Source: Patellaria atrata CBS 101060 (taxonomy: Eukaryota). From it: a DNA stretch of 64,000 nucleotides. The translations under genes and the position numbers were made by a program. The stretch covers positions 6,849 through 70,848 of the forward strand of contig MU006113.1 in NCBI GenBank assembly GCA_010093705.1. The letters run 5' to 3'. Of the stretch, positions 44,732 through 58,577 are shown piece after piece. Numbering within the stretch: the first letter of the stretch is position 1; each line of letters starts with the position of its first letter. The notes beneath the pieces were generated by a model. It was not told the DNA's origin, did not search any database, and saw nothing but the letters and a program-made list of their open reading frames with translations.

Positions 44732-47630
44732 TTACAAAACCAAAGCGAAAGCACCGATGATGGCAGCTCCGACGAATGAGCCGGCCTTAATGTTGGAGGC
44801 TGCACCGGTGAATTGTGCCGGAGAGGTCTCGACGCCAGTAGGGACTACTGGAACGGTGCCGAATGTCGTTGGCGCGAAGCCAGCGGGTGTTGTAGTGACC
44901 ACCGGAGCATATGCAGGTGTGGTCACTGGCATTAGATTGACGACTGGAGTCTCTGGTGAAGTCTCCTCCTCAGGTTGGCTGGTGAAAGCGACTTGAGGAA
45001 CCGTGACGACAGTGGAGATAATCTTGGTAGTTGTATCGAGAGTGATGATCGACTCGAAAGTAATAGTGGTGCAAGGAACTGCATAAGTGGGTGCCTCGGG
45101 GACGGAAGTGACGACCGGAGCAGAGGGGTATGGCGCAATATCCGCTGGGAGAGAGACGGATGGGTAGACGGGAACAGACTCAGCCGGAGCAGATGGATAC
45201 GGTGAACCAACTGGGATGGAAACTGCTGGGACAGACTCGGCTGCGTAGGTAGGAACGGGCTGCACAGGCGTGTAGGTAGGCGGGTGCAGAGTAATGGTGC
45301 TAGGGCAATTGGTGATAAGACCCGGGTTGTCGTTGACGAAGACGGCGCAGATACCTGTAAGGTAAGATAAAGCGTCAGCGATGACATCGTCATCGGCACC
45401 CCAGGAGGTAACACATTCCATGACGTCCCTGATGAAGTTGGCTTCTTTGCAGTAGCAGCTTGCATCCGTGTTATCGGCGCAGGTGGACTCGTCGAGAAAG
45501 GTGTTCAAGCATTGAGGAAGGACTTCAGGGCAGTCGGAGGTTGGCATAGGATCGGCAGGCTCGCTGGACGATGGGTAAGGAGTTTCGCCGACGGGAGTAG
45601 TAACGGGATAAGGAGTTTCGCCGACGGGAGTAGTAACGGGATAAGGAGTCTCGCCAACTGGAGTAGTTTCCGGGTAAGGAGTCTCGCCAACTGGAGTAGT
45701 TTCCGGGTAAGGAGTCTCGCCAACTGGAGTAGTTTCCGGGTAAGGAGTCTCGCCAACTGGTGTCGTCTCTGGGTAAGGGGTCTCGCCAACTGGTGTTGTC
45801 TCTGGGTAAGGGGTCTCGCCAACTGGTGTAGTCTCTGGGTAAGGAGTTTCACCTTCTTGAGTAGCAGTTGTGCAAGCCGGCTGTCCATAACCGCCGCACT
45901 CACCAGCTGGAGTAGTAGAAGGATAAGGGGTCTCACCGGCGGGGGTGGTCGTGGTGCAAGCGGGTTGGTTGTATCCGCCACATTCACCGCCAGTGGGTTG
46001 AGTCTCAGCGGGAGCGGTCGTGCTGCAAGCGGATTGATCGTAGCCGCCACATTCGCCGGTAGGTGTGGTCTCAACTGGAGGTGTGGTTTCCGCCGGAGTA
46101 GTCTCAACGGGGGTTGTAGTACTGCAAGCGGGTTGCTCATAGCCACCACATTGACCGGTGGGGGTAGTCTCAACGGGAGGAGTAGTCTCAACGGGAGTAG
46201 TAGTGCTACAAGCGGGCTGATCATAACCGCCACACTCGCCGCCAGTGGGTTGTGTCTCAGCAGGAGTCGTTGTGCTGCAAGCGGGTTGCTCATAACCACC
46301 ACATTCACCGGTGGGAGTAGTCTCAGCAGGTGTTGTTTCGACGGGAGGTGTTGTCTCAGCTGGAGGCGTTGTCTCAGGGGCAGTTGTGCAAGCGGGCTGA
46401 TCATATCCCCCACACTCGCCGCCGGTGGGTTGGGTCTCCACGGGAGGTGTTGTCTCGGCGGGAGGCGTAGTCTCAGGGGCTGTCGTGCAAGCGGGCTGGT
46501 CGTAACCTCCGCACTCGCCGCCAGTGGGTTGAGTCTCCACGGGGGGCGTCGTCTCAGCGGGTGATGTCGTCTCAGGAGCGGTTGTGCAAGCGGGTTGGTC
46601 ATATCCACCGCACTCTCCGCCGGTGGGTTGAGTTTCAGCGGGAGGTGTTGTCTCGGCAGGAGTTGTAGTGCTGCAGGCCGGTTGGTTATATCCGCCGCAT
46701 TCACCTCCGGTAGGGGTAGTTTCTACTGGAGCCGTGGTGCTGCAAGCAGGTTGATTGTAGCCGCCACATTCACCGCCAGTCGGGACTGTTTCAGCCGGAG
46801 TAGTGGTGCTGCAAGCAGGCTGGTTATATCCACCGCATCCATCAACCGGTGTAGTCTCAACAGGAGTAGAGGTAGTGCAGGCAGGCTGATTGTATCCGCC
46901 ACACTGAGGAGCGCAGGGAGGTTGGTTATATCCTCCACATTGGGGACCGCATGGGGGACGATTGTACCCACCGCAAGTAGGTTGAGGAAGCGAAGGCGTA
47001 GTCGTTGTAGATCCGCAATGGAAGCGAACCTTGTGAATATTCATTTCGCAGTTATTGCGACCTTGATGATGTTTGGGGAGCTTGAAAGTAACTGTTTTCG
47101 CACCACCACACTGTCTGTTCTTCACCACAGTACCGCCGCGTTGGCAGTTTGTGGTCTGTCTGCAGACCGATCCATCAGCCATGCCATAATGCAACTCAAC
47201 TTCAACGTTGTCCAGGTCGACTGAAAGCTCAAACTCGTCAATAGAAAAGTCGGGTTTAGATCCGCAAGAGATTCTAGGGCCATTGTCGTTCTGAGTAATT
47301 TTACCAGTGATACACCTGGGTTGGAAAGTACGTTTGCTCAAATCGTCACGCCTCCCAAATCGATTGCCACAGGAGAAGCCAGAGAAATCTGATCCACCAT
47401 AATGGTTGAATGGACCAGTAGGCAGATTACCCCAGTCGTAGCCGTGATTTTGCTCTGGAGAACAGACGTGGTTACCTCTGCCAGGGCGGTTGAAATTCTT
47501 TGCTCGAAGAGGCCAAGTCTATATTTATATCAGCTTGGTCTCAAGATGATCCAGGATCAGATATCCGACATACCGCAGTGACTTGTTGGGCAACCAGGCC
47601 CCAAAGGAAAACTGAAATGGTAGCCTTCAT
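44732..47630 (-). CDS. GPI-anchored CFEM-domain cell-wall adhesin (Mad1-like); exons 47630-47574, 47518-44732
   Basis: Signal peptide MKATISVFLWGLVAQQVTA, Cys-rich N-domain (CQRGGTVVKNRQCGGAK), Thr/Pro/Glu tandem repeats, CFEM (CPEVLPQCLNTF...C.DNTDASCYC), GPI signal FTGAAS...AAIIGAFALVL. Confidence 0.92.
45570..46980 (-). repeat. Coding tandem repeats: 15 x CGGY(N/D/E/G)xxxC modules, then about 10 x 30-bp GETPYPETTPV-type units
   Basis: Read directly from the translation and from the 30-bp nucleotide periodicity at ~45570-45850. Confidence 0.95.
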
Positions 47631-50600
47631 GGTGCCAGCCTATTAATGACTACAATATTCAATATGAACAATGGTGGAGTGAGTGTATGCTATACGGTAG
47701 CGAATGTGATAGTTAGAAAAAGGAAAAAAGGAAACTGAAGAGCAAAGAAAACGAATGACTTTGACTCTTCAGGTACTAGAGGGGAAAATACAGAGAGGAG
47801 GATGGGTTGGAGTAAACAAGAGGTCGTATACATGGCGGGCAAGATGGTTGATATATGTTCAAAAAAGCCGCCTACTCTGAAACACAGACCAGCAAAAGCT
47901 CTCCTATGTTTAAGCCAGGTTAAGCTCACGGTCCATAAGAGTTCTTAGGAACACTTTCCCACGGTGGAGCCTGTCTTGTCGCGCGCCATCACGGCCGATG
48001 AACGTGCCTTTCTGCCATCCGATCTTTCGCTGTCAGGTACGGTAAGCCTGGTGGTGTGCAGTGGGGTGAATTGTCAAACAGCCAAGAACTCGCCACAACC
48101 CCAAAGACCCCCTCTGTTCTTTGTCGGCTCGCAAAGATGAAACGAACAAAAGTGGTATGGACAGCGATTCGTACCTGACGCTAACGCAGGAACAAGAGTG
48201 CTCAAACCTTTCTGTGGTCGTGCAGGCGAGACCGCGTTAAGCAGGAGTTGGTTAAAAGGCTCCTCTCCAGCCTCACCGTTTCTCTTTTTGTCCAGCTCGT
48301 TGTCGAAATAGGAAAAATCAGGGAGAGCATTGGCTTCACGTTTCTATGATTTGCCCAAGGATAGAGAGACCCTCCGCGATGTGCATCTTCTGCCCGAGTC
48401 ACGTTTCCGTTCTTCCCGCCCTTGACCTTTCAGTCGGAATGTTTCTCCATTTCTCCTGGCGTGTGCTCGCTCTCGCTGACTCTAAAAATGGCCACAGATG
48501 TTGACGCTCGCCGGACAGTTTTCAAACGCGCGACTACAACTCACTTGGACCAACCAGAGTACAGAGATCGCTGACAACGCTGTCGTGCAGTGAGGATCAA
48601 CACCGTTATTGTAAGCTCGTTGGTTAGGTATAATAGAAGAGCTTGTTGTGTGCTATTTTCAAAATTCCACCATCGTACTTTGATTTTCTTCGCATGCTCA
48701 TGTCGTCGGAGGCGTTCAATAACTTAATGTTTTCCTCGTCGGCGAAGAGAGAACGCCCAAATTCGCTTCTTAACCTTTCTGAGCTTATCTCTGCCATTCA
48801 ATATTCGGCCATCGGGCCATCAGCCGTAGTAATTGTGATTCTATGCAGTGCTCACTGTACTTCAAGGTCTACCGGACTATGCAGCGATTCAAGTTGTGCG
48901 AGAAGGCCATCGCTTAGATGCACTGCCTATGGTAGCTCAATGCAAAGTGATGGCGTACCAGCCTTTCACCTGGGAATTGCCGATGTAGGGATGAATCGAT
49001 CGTGCTGATGCCCTTCTAAACTCAGAAATCTGAAGCTCAGTTCACATTTCGTCTCTTGCATCAATCTCTTCACTCTTCAGTCACCTTTCCAGGGAGGTGG
49101 CAGTGTTGCACTTTTCCATTCTGCATCTTTGCATGAACTTGAAACGCAGGCACTCCAAACTATCGATTTTGTTAGGCGAGAATAGTCCCCCTTTCACCTG
49201 ATTCGGACATTCTTTGAACGTCTGTCCACCACTCACACCCCCTTATGTGAATAATGTGATGCTAATAGGGTCCATACCGGAACTCAGTATGCTGTAAGAC
49301 TAACATCTCCATGGAAATTTAAGACATGATGTTGGGTGCACGTAGAACTTGATATCGGTCGAGCGTATGATGCAGAACATGGACAAAGTAGTATGTATAG
49401 TACACCCAACAACTCTAGAATATAAAATTGTGGATAGAGCATGACCGTGTCTTTGTGAACAAAACATAAAGTTCAGCCTTTGACAAGCACGAGTTCCATA
49501 GCTTTTCCACTGACCACGGTATGTTTTGCCGCAATGGCGCGGCCGGTAGCTACGTTGGTAAAACATTTCAGATTCGTGGCGTATCCCACGCTCTAAACGG
49601 TCTGTTTATCGTATCACTTTATCGGGAAAGTAATCAAGTGATAATGCCTCAATTATCTCTTCCTATTACCAGTTTGGGTAGGTGAGCTTGTGCATGAGCA
49701 GAAGACCTCATACCGTCACTGTTATATCAAAAACGGTAGGCAATAATACTGTTGCTGGAAACACCTGAAATAATAAGACTGAAGTCTCAACTCTGCTCGT
49801 AGATTGAGGATCTCATCAGGAGACAATCTCGCAACCGCAATTTATCCGAATTAGTAGTTATGGTTCTCTCCGTATACTCAGTATGAGTTACTGAGTTTCT
49901 TGTCATACGTAAAAGGCCCAGAACGCTAGATTATAGTAGGAAGAATTTCGGTTCCGCGGACCCCAAACTATACCATGGTAGAGAGATATTGAAACCATTA
50001 TTAGGCTCCTTGAGATCAATAACAATCAGAAAAGGAAACTCTATGGTGACGAATCGATATTTCTCTATAAAATTATGAGATCAGTACTATCAAAAACCTC
50101 TCATACTATATCGTGTGGAAATTGTCCCGTGGTAGGCGGACCTTGCCGTTAAGGTAAAGGAGAAAACTGAAAAGGAACGATTCTAACTCAAGATCCTCAT
50201 CAAGGATTCTCATCACATCGACACATCCTTTTCTCTTGATCACCGGACCAGGATAGTAATAAACGAAAGAGAGACTGTAACGCATTTCTGATTCCGGTGG
50301 ATGGATTCTGAAAAAATTTCTCCAAACTAGATAAGATTCGTCTCTTTCTTAAACTACTCATAGAGTCAGAGTCCTCCCTCGGGAACTGCTAGGTGGTTTT
50401 TATCTTACGTTAGCATCTCATCAACATCTACCAGACGATGGACCGTATGCTATAGAAAGCATATTGTTCCTACTTTATAAGATGTAGTTCATATCAAAGG
50501 TTTCCAGGACTTGCACGGATACTGGATAGCATGAGATGTCGAAGTCGAAGTCAACGTCAGCTTCACATTTTATCTGAATGAAGCCTTCTCTTAGTGATAA

Positions 50601-51269
50601 GAGTTTTCCGATGGACATGTCTGCATAATAGCAAAAGTTTCCTTGTTCATTATGCAAGTTGACGGAATCTGAGGTGAGGATCAAAGAATGGATGATGAGA
50701 TAACCTACATCTCCGTCTGCCAAGACTTCCGGCAAGTTTACGGTAAGCTGGAACTTGAACTTTTCCAAAATAACCTCTCGTCGTGACCTCCTTTCAACTC
50801 TCACCCACAGCAAACCTCCAGCAGCTACCTAAAATACTCGAACAGTCAGGTTCATCGGCCTGACAAACTTCTTCGTACTATTATATTAGTAGAACATCAA
50901 CCATCTATGGGCTCCACGTCTGCCTCTACAATTACACCTACATTTCATACCTGCTCTACCTTCGCGGCCTTCCAGATCTCCTCTGCAACCTTGTCATCCC
51001 GACTGTTGAAGACCGAGGCCAGCTTCGCGGCATTGCTTTGGCTACTGGCGGGAGGTCCGCCTTGAACGGGCGGACGGTAATATCGAGTTGCGTTTATTTC
51101 AACGTCGACAGTAAGAACATCCAAACAAGTGACACCTGTCACAGCGCGCTAACGAGGAAACCAGTTAAAATCAGCACCCAGCAAAATCAGATTGTGCGAT
51201 TATTCGGTATTTCGTAATATTTCCTCAAGTATAGTACATATAACGCACGTAAATTCGATAATATCGATA

Positions 51270-53063
51270 ATGGCCATGTTCACCTTTGATCATGCGGATT
51301 GCGACGTTGGACTTCCCGTCTCACAGAAAATCGACAATGGGTTGGCAGATCGCTTGTCTGCCATGGACATCGATATCCCTATATCAGCACTAGCAATAGA
51401 GAAAAGTAATTCCACATCTTCTCCCCTGGCTATCGCATCGCCCACTCCAGTACGACGCGCAGATATGAGTAACCTAGACAACGGTCCTCGTATGGAGCTC
51501 CACCATGATAAAGTCCATAGCAAAACAGGAAAGCGAAAGAAGAGGAAGAATAAATGCATGAAACCAGTTACTCCAGCCATGCAGGTCATTCGAGGCTTCG
51601 AAACGCCGGTAACATCAGGTGGTGAGGAGAGTGACTATTCCGGCTCCAGTACGCCCATGATGACACCTAGGCTTATGGATCTGCCTAGTATTACAAGCAG
51701 CCCAGCTATGAGGCCCGCATCAGCGATGGGTGGAATTAGTTCTTTAAAGTTTCAATTAGAGACCTTGAATTTAGACTCTAACTCCCCCCGAGCATCATCT
51801 TTGAGGAGGATTGATACGACTTCAAGTAGCACAAGCCTGGTCTCAGGAACAACTAGCGACAGTGACAAGACGGAAATGGACACCTATCAGGTTGAGTTGG
51901 CAAACGACTTTATCAGCCCGGATGTGGTTCCCGCCAGATCCTTGCTCCCGAATATCGAAGGAGGACTCCGTCAAGACACTATGTATCGCAAGATGACAGC
52001 GTCCGATTTTGACACTCTTCGCTGCCTTGGGAAAGGCGCTTACGGGACCGTGCTACTAGTTAAGCAACGAGCAACTGGCCGTCTTTTTGCACAAAAACAG
52101 CTCCGCAAAGCTACCTTAACGGTGCATAAGAAACTCGTTGAACAAACGCGAACGGAACGCCAAATACTAGAGAGCGTGAGCCGCCACCCTTTCGTCGTCA
52201 AACTCTTCTACGCCTTCCAAGATCACGAGAAGCTGTACCTCATCCTTGAGTATGCCCAAGGCGGCGAACTTTTCCACCATCTCTCGATGGAATCCATGTT
52301 CAACGAGGAAACTGCCTCCTTCTACATGGCCGAGATGGTCCTCGCCCTCGAGCACCTCCACCGTAACCTCGGCGTCATCTACCGCGACCTCAAGCCCGAA
52401 AATTGCCTCCTCGACTCCGAAGGACATCTCCTGCTCACTGACTTCGGCCTCAGCAAGGTCGCCGTCGATGAAACAGACAGATGCAACTCTATCCTCGGCA
52501 CCATCGAATACATGGCTCCGGAAGTCATAATGGGCGCGGCCTACAGCTTTGCAGTCGACTGGTGGTCCCTCGGTGCTCTCGGGTTCGATCTCCTGACCGG
52601 AAGCCCACCGTTCGGAGGCAACAACCACGCCAAGATCCAGAATAATATCCTCAAGCAGAAACTCCAACTTCCTTACTTCTTAGGCCCGGACGCGAAAGAC
52701 CTCCTCACGAGACTTCTTCGTAAAGAACCCCATAAAAGGCTAGGATATAACATGCCCAAGGACCTCCAGACGATCAAGAATCATCGCTTCTTCAGGAAGA
52801 TCGATTGGAGGCGTCTCGAGAGGAGGGAGGTGGATCCCCCGATTAAACCGCTCATTACGGATCCCGAGCTGGCGGAGAACTTTGCGAAGGAATTTACGGA
52901 TTTGGCGGTTTCTCCGACGGTGAGCAAGAGGAGTGGGTTCTGGGATGAGGGGGATGGGGTCAAGGTGGTCGGTGAGGATGAGGATAGGGAGATGTTTGGC
53001 GGTTTCAGTTTCGTGGCCAGTGAGAGTTTGCTTGAGGGTGGGTTTTGGAGAGAGTATGAGTGA
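51270..53063 (+). CDS. AGC-family Ser/Thr kinase, Psk1/Ypk3/p70S6K-like
   Basis: GKGAYGTV, FAQK, HPFVVKLFYAFQD, YRDLKPEN, DFG, GTIEYMAPE, DWWSLG, AGC tail with hydrophobic motif FGGFSFV. Confidence 0.95.
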   Translation: MAMFTFDHADCDVGLPVSQKIDNGLADRLSAMDIDIPISALAIEKSNSTSSPLAIASPTPVRRADMSNLDNGPRMELHHDKVHSKTGKRKKRKNKCMKPVTPAMQVIRGFETPVTSGGEESDYSGSSTPMMTPRLMDLPSITSSPAMRPASAMGGISSLKFQLETLNLDSNSPRASSLRRIDTTSSSTSLVSGTTSDSDKTEMDTYQVELANDFISPDVVPARSLLPNIEGGLRQDTMYRKMTASDFDTLRCLGKGAYGTVLLVKQRATGRLFAQKQLRKATLTVHKKLVEQTRTERQILESVSRHPFVVKLFYAFQDHEKLYLILEYAQGGELFHHLSMESMFNEETASFYMAEMVLALEHLHRNLGVIYRDLKPENCLLDSEGHLLLTDFGLSKVAVDETDRCNSILGTIEYMAPEVIMGAAYSFAVDWWSLGALGFDLLTGSPPFGGNNHAKIQNNILKQKLQLPYFLGPDAKDLLTRLLRKEPHKRLGYNMPKDLQTIKNHRFFRKIDWRRLERREVDPPIKPLITDPELAENFAKEFTDLAVSPTVSKRSGFWDEGDGVKVVGEDEDREMFGGFSFVASESLLEGGFWREYE

Positions 53064-53385
53064 CTTTTTGAAGGGATCGGGGTGGTTATTATGCATTGGG
53101 GTAATGGCTGGTCTAGTCAGGATAACAGATGGTATATGTTGCCCAGTTTTACATTCATTAGCATCATTGCTATTATCGGACTTTTACTCTTCTCTAATGT
53201 CTTAGTATCCTCGTGAATGCAGGTAAAGGTTATCCTGTAGTGAAGTAATCGAATTCAGAAACGCCAGAGCACTCATAAAACGACCGTGGGTATCACAATT
53301 TGAGCCATAAAAGCCAGACCCACGAAATCATTGTCTCATCATATCATCATACCCATTCCGCTACTGCCGCACACCTCCATTCCCT

Positions 53386-54797
53386 CTACTTCTCAGGCTC
53401 CGGGCTCTTCGGCAATGCCACACTCTTCGGATCCGGCAAATCAAGCACAGACGGCAAGTCCTGAACCGTCGCGCTCGGCTTGTCAGGAACAGCAGGGTCT
53501 TCGTTGATAATAATCGGAGGTTCGTGTTTTTCGCCGGCGGGGGTCTTGACGGGTTCGAGGATATCGCTGGCCGAGAGTTCGGAGTCGGAGGAGACTGGAG
53601 ATGCGGATTCGGCGGAGCGGGCGGCTTCCTTTTCGAGGCGGACTTCGCGGCCGCGCTTGTGGCAGTACCAGAATACGAAGAGGAGGACTGAAGGTGGGGT
53701 TAGTATGAGAAGGTGAGATTGGGAGGGGAAAAGGGTGGGAGGAGGGGGACGTACTGAAGATGGCTAAGCTCATAAGGATATTTGTTCCGGTCATGAACAC
53801 TGGAAAGCGTAGCTTGAGGAAGTTAAGGATTGCGCGTAACATGCTAGCAACAGCGCCCTGCTGCGAAACCAACTTCTTCAGACTTGGGATCCTCGCTCCA
53901 GACGACGTGGACTTCTTTTTCTTGCTGCTCGAGGAGGTATCTGCTTCCCCGAATGTCTTCGCGTCCGCTCCAGGCTTCTCGGATGCCGCAGCTAAAATCT
54001 CAGGACCCAGTGCAGCTGTCATTTTAGCCGGGAGGCTCTTAATAAGCGTCTGAAGGAACGGCGGCATGCCTTCGAACATCTTGTTCAGTTGCTTCTCGGA
54101 GCCGGTCAGCAGCTTCTCAAGATCGTCGTATGCGGTGGGAATCCCGTTCATAAGGTCTTTGAGCACGACTTTGAACTTGTCAAGCAGCTCTTGTGATTCC
54201 TTTGAGAAACTGAAGACGCGGTTATTGACGGCAGCGAGGTTGAGCTGGTCGAGAATGGAGGTTAGGTCGTCTTCTTCGCTCTTCTCTTCACCTTTTTGCT
54301 CAGTGGCTGTAGGGGCCTCGCCGGCTTTGAGGGCGTCAGCGGCAGATTGGAGAGAGATAGCTGCTCGTTCTTTGGAGCGGTCCTGTGGTGTTATTAGCTA
54401 TATGTTCAGTTCATGGAGGCCTGGGATGTCATACCCTCTTGATCTTAGGGATAGCAGGGAGATACGACCAGTAATCCCGCTTCTTCTTCTCTTCTACTGT
54501 AAGATTCTCCCCGCCCTTGTCAGAAGCTTCTGCTGGTGGCGATGTAGGTAAAGGGATCTGGTCTGCGCCGGCCATCAGTGCGATTTGTGCATCCTTTCCC
54601 ACAACCTTCTCCCCGCTGTCGAGGATTACAGTGGGGCGGTCGGGTAGAGGTGGAGGTGCGCCTTCAGAGACAATACGTTGGAGGTATGCTTCATCTTCCT
54701 CGGTGAGGACTGGCTTCTCAGGAGCTTCTTTCTCGCCATGCTTAGTCTTCCAGTGCAGCTTGTCGGGCAGCTTGTTGCTAATGTATTCGAATGCCAT
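53386..54797 (-). CDS. Conserved fungal hypothetical protein with one TM segment near the C-terminus; 3 exons (~54797-54435, ~54382-53755, ~53688-53386)
   Basis: PVLTEEDEAYL, LDQLNLAAVNNRVFSFS, LKDLMNGIPTAYDDL, ILNFLKLRFP, FVFWYCHKRGREVRL. The introns have GT..CTAAY..AG signals. Confidence 0.85.
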
Positions 54798-56430
54798 ATT
54801 GTATGCGTAAGAGAGGGTCAAGGTACTTTAGGAGTGTATGAAGTGTCTGATGAGAGTTCAGAATGGTCTGAAAGAAAAAGAATAGCTTTCGATTGTGAGA
54901 TAAAGCGCTGTATGCGCCGTGACGAGTGATGATAATAGTTCGGTCAAGACTCCACCCTGTCCATACCCCTCCATACAAGCCACAATCCATCTCTTCACTT
55001 CCGTCAGACTTCAACAAAACCTGCTTCGGTCTTCCAACCACAATCGAAGACTAAAAGTCTTGTCTTTCCATGTCCACGCATACACCTTGCATGTATATGC
55101 GAGCTGAATGGCTTCTCACATGTCGTAAATCCGTATCTCGCCTCCTTTTTCTGCTGATGTTCAAAGACGCCAGAACACCACAAGCCGTTACGGTAGGAAC
55201 ATATCAAAAGTTCCAACGCGGAATAGAGAACTAGCAAACCTAATACCCACAAACATTTCGTAACTGTAACATCCCTGATGGCCGAGACAACCATAGGAGT
55301 ATGGAAAGGGTCTCAATCTCCCAGATTGACTCGTTTCACCAGGAAAGCTTTAGAATGGTAACGTTTACGCATTCTCCTTACCGTCTTCATCAATCAATCA
55401 ATCTCATTCTTCAAGCCTAAATTTCAAGAGGCTTTGGAGATACGAGAGAAGTATTGAAGAGCTTGGAATATATATGGTCTTACATTGTGGGAAGAAGCCC
55501 AAATTTACCTTTTCGTTCCACCGTGGTGATGGAGTTTTCGGGAGACTGTACCTCCAGCCAACAATGATGACCCCGCTCTTAAATGACTGTACCGTTTGTA
55601 TGGTTAGACTACTGAGGCCATTTCTTAAAGCTCGTAAGGGCAAGCTCGGATTTCCTGATACCCGCCTCAAACGTGAAAGGGGTGAGGCAGTTACGCAACA
55701 GAAATCACTGTACAGCCCAGCTCATTATCTTGTGACTGACTATTTGGTGGCTCTGTGAGGTGAATGTGAGCTGATGCTGGGGACCTGGGTATCCTGCAGT
55801 GACGGTGTACCGAGAGAACATGACGCACGTGATCGGCCCGTTTCCTGTAATTCGGGCTCAATAACGGGCTTGGTCAGTTCTGTCATAAAGAAGCAACAAC
55901 GTACTTGAACACACACGGAGCTGCACCTGATTTCCAGAATGATCATTGCTTGCCTATATCTGGCTTGACTGTTGGTTGGAGACAACGCTGTTACCCTTAG
56001 GACCCTCAGACAGGCAAACTCAAGAATTTCGGTTCACAATACTGCCCCCGGCATCGGCCTCTACCAGTCAAGGGCCTGTGTTTTTGTTTACAACTCTATC
56101 ACATGCCAATTCTTAGCCACCTCAAGTACGCGGTCTAGCTTTTTCGCCTCTTCCTTTCAAAACTCCCCCATCACCTCTACGTCACGCTTCGATGATCCCA
56201 TATTTTGTGGTCAACCACCATCTCAGCGACGCATTCTCCAACCTCAGTCGTCAGTTGGCGCAGTGTCTATCGACCAACTAACTCGTTGTTCGCTTTTCCC
56301 CGGTGTTCACGCGTACAGTCTTCGGTGTAATCATCAAGCGCGTAGCAAAGCACCCTACTGACAACACGTCCATCAAGACAAACTTGCAACAGTCATTTTC
56401 CCACGTACTCCTTCAGAAATTAACATTAAC

Positions 56431-58577
56431 ATGGATGACTACATGGACAATGACCCGACCTACGGTGGTATCTTTGGTGTTGAGGATCTTGCGACCCGCA
56501 ACCCGGTCAAGCAAGGTCCTACAAACCGTGCTATCCTACGCTTCCATGAGCTTCGCCAAAAGCTTCCATTGAAAGATATAGCAGGTTATTGCAGTTCCTC
56601 GGGGGTCGGCTATTGGGGAGCACAGACAATCCTGAGGGACTTAAGGCTTGAAAAGATCCGTGAGTCATTCTACTTGGTCCCTTCCAAGGAGTCATGTTGC
56701 TACACCTATATAGTAAAGCTAGCAAATATGTCTTTACCCAAACTGATTGTCCCTAGTCGCGAAACCTTTGTATATCTCTGCTTCAAGCTTTGTCAAAGTA
56801 GAGGGCGATGAAGAAACTGAGGTATGCTTAATTCTATACTACTGTTGAAAGAATTCTGATCATTATAGGACCGTACGCTGTATCACAAGAAGATTGGTCA
56901 GAGCCATGGAGATGAAGAAGATGGTCCCACCTTCCAAGACGACAGCGATGCAGAAAGTGATGTTGGCGGCGGAGAAGGTGGAACCCGCCAGCGTCACGGT
57001 CCCAAACGTATCACAGCTGATCTCGACCATGAAGACACGCTTATCCTTACTATGAAGGAGAGTGGTTACTCTGACAAGCAAGTCGCAGACGAACTAGCAC
57101 ACATAGGAAAAGGTGTCAAATATGACCGCAAGGCTATTTCATCGCGATTCAACCGTTTAAAGGCTGCCTTAGCAGCTCGCACCGACGATCAACTCAAGTA
57201 TGGATTCAAAGAATGGAGTGCAGAGGAGGTAAGTAAAATTCTGCACCGCATGATGTTCCACATCCTGACCTTGGGTAGGATGCAGCACTTACGAAGGCTT
57301 GGGACGATGCAGACAAGCAGATTGATGATGAGATTGCCAAGGTCTACCTTAAGCGTTATAGGTACATGGCAGAACACCTTAATCGAGAGAAAGGCACTCG
57401 TTTCTCCGCGAACGCCGTTCAAGAACGATGGGGCAATATCATGGCAGGTGAAGCTCGGATTCCTCCTGAGCTCGATGATGATCCCGCATACCGCGAACAG
57501 CTTCGCGGAGCTACCATGCTTCTGCATATTCTCAAGATGGAAAGTGATGCTCTTGCTGATCGTGAGCTAAAAGAAGCTGAGCGCAAAGCAGAGGACCGCC
57601 AACGCAAGCTGCGCGCCTATAGGTTACGCGATCAGTTCGAACGAAATACTAGGAAGGCCGCAGAACAGTTGGAGCGTGCTAATGAAAAGGCAGCGAAATT
57701 GAGGGAGAAGCATGAACGCCTGCAAGCGAAGAATGAGACACAAAAGGCTAAGATTCTCGGGTATGAGCAAGGAATTGCTGCAGTCCAGAGTGCAAAGAAG
57801 CGTAAGGCTATTGCACTTGGCCTAGCTGAGGACGATACCCAACCCCCCACACCACCCAAGAAGAAGGGACTTGAAAACCTCTCTCATGCCGATCAGATCG
57901 AGATAGCTCAATGGGCTGCAGCGAAGCCAACTCGCACTTCAACAAAGAAATCAGTCAACTATCACGAAAATGGCGCCTCTAGCCCAGGTTCTGGCGGTGA
58001 TGGTGAAGATGCAAACTATGAAAATGGTGATGCTAGCGATGAAGGCGAGGGAGATATCCGTGAGCGGTTGAACGTTCAAGAGCTCTCCGCTATCTGCAAG
58101 GAACGCGGTATCAATTCGTCCGGCTTGAAGTCCAAAATCATCGTACGTCTCGCAGCTGATGATGCCAGAAAGACAAATGCCGCACTCAGGGAAATCCTCA
58201 AGAAGCGCCACCTTAGCACTCATGGTGCCAAAGACGTCCTCATAAACCGTCTCAAGACGGCTGATGTCCATGAATACTGCACCGATGAAGCTCGTAAGGC
58301 CTCTCTAAATGCTCCAAGGTCTGGTCGTGGTGAGACTGGCCGTGGTAAGACTCCCTCTTCCAATTACTCTACTCCAACAAAGACTCCGACCAGTCGTGGA
58401 CGCAAAGCTTCACGTAGCGTTCTTGCTTTGGACGATTTGGACGATGAGGAAGCGTTGGTGGAGGAGGACGAGGTTGTCACTCCAACAAGGCGTCGCGACA
58501 TGCCACCACCTGCTTATCCAGCGTCCGCTCGCAGGCGCAATGCTTTCGTCGCTTCTGATGATGAGGAAGAGGAGTAA
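56431..58577 (+). CDS. Multi-exon nuclear protein: HTH/Myb-like region, coiled coil, two tandem SAP domains; 5' exon structure uncertain
   Basis: MKESGYSDKQVADEL...YDRKAISSRFNRL; intron 57229-57279; SAP-like LNVQELSAICKERGINSSGLKSKIIVRL and TNAALREILKKRHLSTHGAKDVLINRL. Confidence 0.75.

Noticed and set aside
45505..46704. Long alternative-frame and antisense ORFs over the adhesin (also over the polyQ, kinase and kinesin genes)
   Set aside because: Expected shadows of repetitive or GC-biased coding sequence.
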